Shown here one piece after another: positions 58,266-64,000 of a DNA stretch of 64,000 nt (position 1 is its first letter; every line of letters begins with the position of its first letter). The notes below the pieces were generated by a model that worked only from the letters and a program-made list of their open reading frames with translations, searched no databases and had not been told where the DNA came from. Source of the stretch: Patescibacteria group bacterium (lineage in GTDB: Bacteria; Patescibacteriota; Saccharimonadia; Saccharimonadales; JANWIN01); NCBI GenBank assembly GCA_035480855.1, contig DATIHJ010000008.1, positions 17,308 to 81,307 on the forward strand. The letters run 5' to 3'. The position numbers and the translations under genes are program-made.

Positions 58266-59324
58266 ATGGCTAAAAAACATCTTTTCGGTAAGCTAAACAA
58301 AAAACGGTTATATATTTTTGTCATAATTTTTGCCATTATTGGCGTGGCTTTATTGTTTAAGATTTTGGCAGCTGGGCCCATGGCCTCTTTTGAAGCCGAA
58401 AATGCCACGGTAACTTCACCGACTACAATTTGTGCAGATACTGCTGCATCAGGTGGGAAAAAAATTCAATTCGGGGGCACTTGCGTAGGCGGTTCGGGCG
58501 GGCCAACAAGTCTTACCCCACCAATTCGAGCGGCTTTTTACTACCCGTGGTTTCCTGAAACTTGGAGTGTAAACGGTGTTCATGTGGCCTATCATCCTGA
58601 TCTTGGATACTATGATTCTTCCACTCAAAGCGTTGTAGACGCGCATATTAAGGCGCTGGATTACGGAAAAATCAAGGTTGCAATCGCTTCATGGTGGGGT
58701 ACAGGAACCCATAGTGAAAGTACTCGGATTCCACTATTACTGCAGCGTACCCAAGCTCTAGGCTCTAACCTAAAGTGGAGCATATATTATGAACCAGAGG
58801 GCGCTGGCGATCCGACGGTGGCTCAAATTCAATCAGACTTAAATTATATAAAGGCCAACTACACTACTAGCCCGTCATATGCTTATGTAAATAATAAGCC
58901 AGTTATCTTTGTCTATAACGCCAGCGCCAACGATGGCAGCTGTGCGCTAGCTGACAAGTGGGCTCAAGCAAATGCCGGCATAGGCTTTTACATTGACCTT
59001 AAAGTATTTTCTGGCTATAAGACTTGCGTTAATCAGCCAGATTCATGGCATCAGTATGGACCGGCCACTGCCGAAGATAGCCAATCTGGATACTCCTACT
59101 CTATTAGCCCTGGCTTTTGGCGGGCTGATGAAACTGCACCGAGGCTAGCCCGAGACCCGACTCGGTGGGCAACAAACGTTAATGACATGGTTGCATCAAA
59201 TGCGCCATGGCAGCTAATAACGACGTTTAATGAATGGGGTGAAGGTACAGCCGTAGAAGGCGCAACCGAATGGGCCAGTACCAGTACTTTTGGAACGTAT
59301 TTGGACGCTCTACATAATAAATAA
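58266..59324 (+). CDS. secreted glycoside-hydrolase-like protein (GH99-like?)
   Basis: Signal/anchor; AAFYYPWF and ITTFNEWGEGT resemble the FYYxWY and ITSFNEWHEGT motifs of GH99-type endo-alpha-mannosidase-like enzymes; tentative. Confidence 0.4.
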   Translation: MAKKHLFGKLNKKRLYIFVIIFAIIGVALLFKILAAGPMASFEAENATVTSPTTICADTAASGGKKIQFGGTCVGGSGGPTSLTPPIRAAFYYPWFPETWSVNGVHVAYHPDLGYYDSSTQSVVDAHIKALDYGKIKVAIASWWGTGTHSESTRIPLLLQRTQALGSNLKWSIYYEPEGAGDPTVAQIQSDLNYIKANYTTSPSYAYVNNKPVIFVYNASANDGSCALADKWAQANAGIGFYIDLKVFSGYKTCVNQPDSWHQYGPATAEDSQSGYSYSISPGFWRADETAPRLARDPTRWATNVNDMVASNAPWQLITTFNEWGEGTAVEGATEWASTSTFGTYLDALHNK

Positions 59325-59338
59325 AGCGAGATAACATA

Positions 59339-62300
59339 ATGACGACTGCAACAACCTACCGAACCCTACGCAAGACCACCTTATATCTCTTGATTGCTGC
59401 TCTACTTGCCGTAGCCGTTGGCCTATCAGCTCGTACACTAAGCAGACTTGGTAAGGCATCAGCTGCCACTGTAACTGGTAAAGTTTGTGGTAACGCCTCA
59501 ACCGGCAATGCAATCGATACAGTCATAGTTATATCTGAAGAAAATCGGACCTGGGGTGATGTTGGAGGAGCCGGTTTTGGTGATCCAACCATGCCATATA
59601 CCCACAGCGTCGCTGCTCAATGTGGTGTCTTCGCAAATGATACAGAAATCAATACATCTGAGAACTCCCTAACCCAGTATATCGGTGCCTGGGCCGGTGT
59701 TAATGATCCTAATGGTATTAGTAGTGACTGTCAGCCTCCGTCTACTACTTGCAGCTATAGTGGCAATAACATCCAACGCGTCTTTAGAAACGCTGGAATC
59801 CCCAGCAAATCATATGTCGAGGGGGCTACCACTGGTTGTTCGGCTTCCGGCAATGCAGCAAAACACATCCCTGATATGTATATGTGGGATCCGGTTGACA
59901 AGGCGGCTTGTGTAAATGAAGTCCGACCCCTAACCGAGTTCAACTTTTCTAGTCCTCCAACAGGTTTTAGTTTTATCACGCCAACTCTTTGTAATGACGG
60001 TCACGACTGCGCCAACAGTACAGTAGATACCTGGCTGTCTACTCGCATGCAATCTATCTTTGATTCACCGGCCTACAAAGCCGGAAAAGTATTTGTTCAA
60101 GTTTGGTACGACGAAGACAACCCCAAACCTAACTTGTTTGCCTGTTGGTCTTGTGGGCAGTTCAATAATACAACTACGAATCCGCATTACTCAGGGGAAA
60201 GTCTATTATGGCTAAATCTATTAGGCGCACCAACCACAAACTTGGGAGGAATTTCTTCCGGCACTGACATTCGCCCAATTGTATTCAATTCAACACCGCC
60301 ACCGCCCCCACCGTCTGATAATCCGCCGGCCGTCAATATAACAGCACCAGCTAACGGCGCAACCCTAACATCTAGTCCAGTTACCATTAGTGCCAATGCC
60401 ACCGATGATATAGGCGTTACGAAAGTTGAATTTTACGATGGTTCAACCCTACTTAATACTGATACCACATCTCCGTATACATTTAGCTGGAATTCTAGCA
60501 CCCTTTCGGGAAGTCAAACTCTAACTGCCAAAGCCTACGATACGGGCGGACATGTTACTACATCGAGTCCAGTTTCTGTAACTATCAATAATGGTACGAC
60601 CTGTCAAAACACCCCTAACAATGCACTTGGAACGGCGACAATAGTTATTAGTACGCCAGCCCAAGGTACATACCATATATGGAGCAGGATTTCAGCGGCG
60701 GATGCGACCAATAATTCTTACTTTCTTCAGATAGATGCAACTTGTCCGATTATTGTTGGCGGCAATGCTGCTCTAGTTCCAAATGCCTTGACCTGGGTGG
60801 ATTATCAAGATGGTAATACTGGTTCTCATACAACTGCTGTTCTTTCGGCTGGCAACCATACCTTCACTATGGTTGGTAGGGGAGTCGGCGTCGGACTAGA
60901 TAGAGTATTGCTTATATCTGACACTTGCCAACCAACGGGTACCGGTGAAAATTGTGCCGATTCCACTGCGCCAACAGTCAATGTGACTGCTCCCACAGCT
61001 GGACAAACAGTCAGCGGTAGCAGCGTTCCAATTACAGCCTCGGCAACAGATAATTCTGGAGGTAGTGGTATTGCTAAGGTTGTCTTCTTAGTCGATGGTA
61101 ATGTAGTCAACTCATCTACCACCAGCCCCTACCAGATAAACTGGGATAGCAAAACTGTTCCTGATGGTACTCACGCAATTCAAGCAGTTGCCACAGATGT
61201 AGCCGGCAATTCTACTACCTCAGCTAGCGTTAGTATTACGGTTAAGAATGCTGACACTACACCGCCATCTGCACCCGCTAATCTAACCTCTACTAAGAAT
61301 GTCTACAATGAAGTAGATCTATCTTGGAGCGCTAGCACCGATAACGTTGGTGTGACTGGTTACCGTGTACTTAGGAACAATGTTGTAATTGCAACTGTTT
61401 CAGCTACATCAGCCACTACCTATAACGATACTTTGGTATCAGCTAATACAGCCTACAGCTACAGCATTGTGGCTATAGATGCAGCCAATAACTCAAGCCA
61501 ACCAAGTAATACACTGAATCTTACGACGCCTCAAGCGCCAGATACACAACCACCAACTGCTCCAGTGAATCTTACGGCTACCGCCAGCTCTGCAACCAAT
61601 GTAAATCTGTCGTGGAGCGCTAGCACCGATAACGTTGGTGTGACTGGTTACCGTGTACTTAGGAATAACGTCGTCATTGCAACTGTTACCCAGACTGGTT
61701 ACGCTGATGGCTCTGTCTTACCAAGCACTAACTACACTTATACAGTTGTTGCGTTTGACGCCGTTGGTAATGCCAGCCCATCAAGTAATTCAGTCTCTGT
61801 TACTACTCCAGCATTACCTGACACGACGCCACCATCTGCTCCGTCTAATTTAGCTGGTAGTGCTATAAGTGAGACTCAAGTTAATCTTACTTGGACTGCC
61901 AGTAGCGATAACGTTGGTGTAGGCGGATACAATGTGTTCCGAAATGGCTCAAAAATAGCCACTACAAATAGTACCGCTTTTGGTGATGCAACCGTCTCGG
62001 CGGGCCAGACCTACACTTATTATGTGATAGCCTTCGATGCAGCCAACAACCAAAGCGCGCAGAGCAATCAGATTAGCGTGATTACGCCGACTCCGCCACC
62101 ACCATCTCAACAAACGCTAACAATCTCACCGTCTGATGATGCTGGTCTACATAAGAGCCGTCCAGACAATAATTATGGGCTAGGCTCGACAATGACAGCA
62201 GATGCCAGCCCAGCAGAGAGTTTCATTATGAAGTTCAACGTAACTGGCATAGCTGGCAGAACGGTTAGCAGCGCAATGCTACAACTTTGGAATATTGATT

Positions 62301-62581
62301 CATCGAGCCATGGAGGTAACGTCAACCCAGTTTCAGATAATAACTGGAATGAGGCAACTGTCACCTGGAACAACGCACCAGCCGAAGGTACCAACACGCT
62401 CTATTCACTAGGTTCTGTCAGCAAAAACCATTACTACCTAGTTGATTTGTCCAATTACATTACAGCAGATGGCACCTATTCAATACGAGTCGATTCAACA
62501 GATACCAATAGCACAGCTTACTCGACAAGAAACGCACCGACTATATCGCACAGGCCAGTTCTAACCGTAACGGTACAATAA
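59339..62581 (+). CDS. large surface protein: N-terminal phosphoesterase-family (PLC/AcpA-like) domain, Ig-like and fibronectin-III repeats, C-terminal DNRLRE-like domain
   Basis: N-terminal transmembrane helix; VIVISEENRTWGD phosphoesterase-like start; Pro-rich linker; at least three FN3-like repeats (LSWSASTDNVGVTGYRVLRNNVVIATV twice); C-terminus SRPDNNYG...WNEATVTWNNAP. Confidence 0.55.
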   Translation: MTTATTYRTLRKTTLYLLIAALLAVAVGLSARTLSRLGKASAATVTGKVCGNASTGNAIDTVIVISEENRTWGDVGGAGFGDPTMPYTHSVAAQCGVFANDTEINTSENSLTQYIGAWAGVNDPNGISSDCQPPSTTCSYSGNNIQRVFRNAGIPSKSYVEGATTGCSASGNAAKHIPDMYMWDPVDKAACVNEVRPLTEFNFSSPPTGFSFITPTLCNDGHDCANSTVDTWLSTRMQSIFDSPAYKAGKVFVQVWYDEDNPKPNLFACWSCGQFNNTTTNPHYSGESLLWLNLLGAPTTNLGGISSGTDIRPIVFNSTPPPPPPSDNPPAVNITAPANGATLTSSPVTISANATDDIGVTKVEFYDGSTLLNTDTTSPYTFSWNSSTLSGSQTLTAKAYDTGGHVTTSSPVSVTINNGTTCQNTPNNALGTATIVISTPAQGTYHIWSRISAADATNNSYFLQIDATCPIIVGGNAALVPNALTWVDYQDGNTGSHTTAVLSAGNHTFTMVGRGVGVGLDRVLLISDTCQPTGTGENCADSTAPTVNVTAPTAGQTVSGSSVPITASATDNSGGSGIAKVVFLVDGNVVNSSTTSPYQINWDSKTVPDGTHAIQAVATDVAGNSTTSASVSITVKNADTTPPSAPANLTSTKNVYNEVDLSWSASTDNVGVTGYRVLRNNVVIATVSATSATTYNDTLVSANTAYSYSIVAIDAANNSSQPSNTLNLTTPQAPDTQPPTAPVNLTATASSATNVNLSWSASTDNVGVTGYRVLRNNVVIATVTQTGYADGSVLPSTNYTYTVVAFDAVGNASPSSNSVSVTTPALPDTTPPSAPSNLAGSAISETQVNLTWTASSDNVGVGGYNVFRNGSKIATTNSTAFGDATVSAGQTYTYYVIAFDAANNQSAQSNQISVITPTPPPPSQQTLTISPSDDAGLHKSRPDNNYGLGSTMTADASPAESFIMKFNVTGIAGRTVSSAMLQLWNIDSSSHGGNVNPVSDNNWNEATVTWNNAPAEGTNTLYSLGSVSKNHYYLVDLSNYITADGTYSIRVDSTDTNSTAYSTRNAPTISHRPVLTVTVQ
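61325..61399 (+). repeat. intragenic near-identical repeat (FN3 module), copy 1
   Basis: 52 bp identical to 61613-61664 and the next ~23 bp differ at four positions; the copies are 288 bp apart, i.e. one 96-aa module. Confidence 0.8.
61613..61687 (+). repeat. intragenic near-identical repeat (FN3 module), copy 2
   Basis: See 61325-61399; a third, more diverged copy lies around 61900. Confidence 0.8.
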
Positions 62582-62589
62582 GGGGAAAC

Positions 62590-62985
62590 ATGAACAAGAA
62601 GAATATAACAAGACTAATTGTAGCCGTAGTCATCCTTGTTCTTGGAATAATGCTGATTAAAAACCTAACCCATAAAGATCCTAAACCGCCAGTAATAACA
62701 CCACCGCGTACAGCATCAGTAAACATTAGTGAGGATGGTCTTTTTGTACCTGACACGCTGAAAGTTAAGGTCGGCACGGTCGTAATCTGGACAAACGTAG
62801 ATTCTGGAAACTCTCATCGAGTTGCAGCCGATCCCTATCCAAGCCATTCCAGCTTGCCATCACTCGACTCTAAAACCAACATGGCTTTCAATGGTACATA
62901 CAGATACGCGTTTAATAAGGCTGGAACATACCACTACCACGATGAACTGCACCCAGAAGCAGCCGGCACTATTATAGTTCAATAG
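62590..62985 (+). CDS. membrane-anchored cupredoxin-like domain protein (no Cys ligand)
   Basis: N-terminal transmembrane helix; VKVGTVVIWTNVDSGNSHRV...GTYHYHDELHPEAAGTIIV matches the cupredoxin-like beta-sandwich pattern, but the usual Cys ligand is absent. Confidence 0.4.
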   Translation: MNKKNITRLIVAVVILVLGIMLIKNLTHKDPKPPVITPPRTASVNISEDGLFVPDTLKVKVGTVVIWTNVDSGNSHRVAADPYPSHSSLPSLDSKTNMAFNGTYRYAFNKAGTYHYHDELHPEAAGTIIVQ

Positions 62986-63015
62986 TACTTTCTTATAAGC
63001 CATTGAATTATCTAC

Positions 63016-63092
63016 TGGTCGGGGTGGCCGGACTTGAACCGGCGACCTCGTCGTCCCGAACGACGCGCGCTAGCCAACTGCGCCACACCCCG
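63016..63092 (-). tRNA. tRNA-Pro (anticodon CGG), CCA encoded
   Basis: Hand-folded: acceptor CGGGGTG/CACCCCG, D-arm GCGC-AGTTGGCTA-GCGC, anticodon stem CGTCG/CGACG with loop TTCGGGA, T-arm GCCGG-TTCAAGT-CCGGC, discriminator A, then CCA. Confidence 0.85.
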
Positions 63093-63247
63093 ACATCAAA
63101 AAATATACAAATAACTGGTCGAGACACACATATCTTACTTGAACTGTTTAAGTATATCACCGAGAACCCTGACCAGTCACAGAGGTTACTTGATAAGTTA
63201 CGGGTTACTAGACCGAAGCAACCCCAGTTAATTGAGGGATTGGTGTT

Positions 63248-63844
63248 TTAAGCACCAATGATATTAGCTACTTCATCTGCTAAAGAGTCAGGGGTTACCA
63301 TCCCATTGACTACAAAGTCAGCCAAGTTGCGTTGTGGCTCTACAAACCTACGATGACCGGGTATCAGACCGCCATTTATGTACTCGTCCGTATCCCAGGG
63401 ACTGTCTGGATTGGCTCTAGCTTTTCTGCGTCTAATAATTTCTTTCTCGGTTATATCAATATAAATAGTGGTGTCGTAAAGCGAACGAACAGCTTCATCG
63501 TGAAGTGCAAGAAACCCCGCCACCACAATAATGGGACGTGGCTCAATTACTCTTGAAGTAATTCCTGCCTCTGTACTTTCTCTAGAGTTAGCATCTATTG
63601 TTACTGTATTTCCAAGCTCTAATTCGCGAAGACCAGTAAAGAAGTCATCCCATCGGTAGAGACTTGGACTTTCCCAATCATCAACAACAACTCCTTGCAA
63701 AGCATTGACACCTACGAACATATCATCAAAAGGAAATACAGATAGTCTTTCACCAAGTCGGGCAGACAAGTTCTTTTCAAGTGATGTCTTGCCGCTACAA
63801 CTCCCTCCGGCTATTCCCACGATAGTCTCAGGTCTAATAGGCAT
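63248..63844 (-). CDS. uridine-kinase/PRK-family P-loop kinase
   Basis: P-loop VGIAGGSCSGKTS at the N-terminus; length and layout like Udk/nucleoside kinases. Confidence 0.55.
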   Translation of the reverse strand: MPIRPETIVGIAGGSCSGKTSLEKNLSARLGERLSVFPFDDMFVGVNALQGVVVDDWESPSLYRWDDFFTGLRELELGNTVTIDANSRESTEAGITSRVIEPRPIIVVAGFLALHDEAVRSLYDTTIYIDITEKEIIRRRKARANPDSPWDTDEYINGGLIPGHRRFVEPQRNLADFVVNGMVTPDSLADEVANIIGA

Positions 63845-63853
63845 ACAGGTTAC

Positions 63854-64000
63854 CTAGAAACTTAGCCACTCTTCGTCCTGAACGGCTCCTCGGTTCTTAA
63901 TACGAATACCTGGTTCATCTGTTATCTGACCTATTTGTTGTGCCACTATACCTTGTGCTTGCGCCTCGGCTAACACCTTATTTGGTTCTGGTGTAGCAAT
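63854..64000 (-). CDS. C-terminal fragment of an unidentified gene (runs off the window end)
   Basis: Open minus-strand frame ending ...NRGAVQDEEWLSF then TAG at 63854-63856; no motif recognised. Confidence 0.3.
   Translation of the reverse strand: MATPEPNKVLAEAQAQGIVAQQIGQITDEPGIRIKNRGAVQDEEWLSF

Noticed and set aside
63003-63251. 82-aa plus-strand ORF
   Set aside because: It overlaps the hand-folded tRNA-Pro gene on the opposite strand and the end of the kinase gene, and it has no coding features.

Overview
This 64-kb window looks like part of a small, gene-dense bacterial chromosome using the standard genetic code. Genes end in TAA, TAG and TGA with full-length products, so there is no sign of stop-codon reassignment. 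Core housekeeping genes dominate: a purine block (purE-purK on the minus strand, then purC-purB and two tandem archaeal-type purP genes), guaA, tilS, ftsH, murJ, lepA, a CIRCE/hrcA-grpE-dnaK-dnaJ heat-shock operon, yebC-ruvCAB, recA/recX, tsaE/tsaB and rny-ymdB. A 12-gene type IV pilus locus (pilB, pilC, pilA, two minor pilins, a PilX-like protein, pilM/N/O) has no secretin gene. That absence, together with CIRCE/HrcA, RNase Y/YmdB and several secreted glycan-active enzymes, suggests a Gram-positive-like ultrasmall bacterium of the Saccharibacteria/CPR type; this is inference, not proof. The most striking accessory structure lies downstream of a tRNA-Lys(UUU) gene at 26.7-30.4 kb. It is a tandem array of six single-gene units on the minus strand, encoding a VOC-family protein, a NUDIX hydrolase, a HAD-like hydrolase, two small membrane or secreted proteins and one unknown. 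Each unit ends in a copy of a 33-bp repeat whose first bases reproduce the 3' end of the tRNA-Lys gene, an att-like, integron-like or island-accretion architecture, yet no integrase lies within the window. Other notable items are a Phd/RelE toxin-antitoxin cassette bracketed by a 15-bp direct repeat, a purP gene with no canonical start codon, a formylglutamate-amidohydrolase-like gene paired with an ATP-grasp ligase, a stand-alone GGDEF protein, a tandemly duplicated small-membrane-protein plus UbiB-kinase module, and a 1080-aa surface protein with near-identical internal FN3 repeats. A tRNA-Pro(CGG) sits near the window end.
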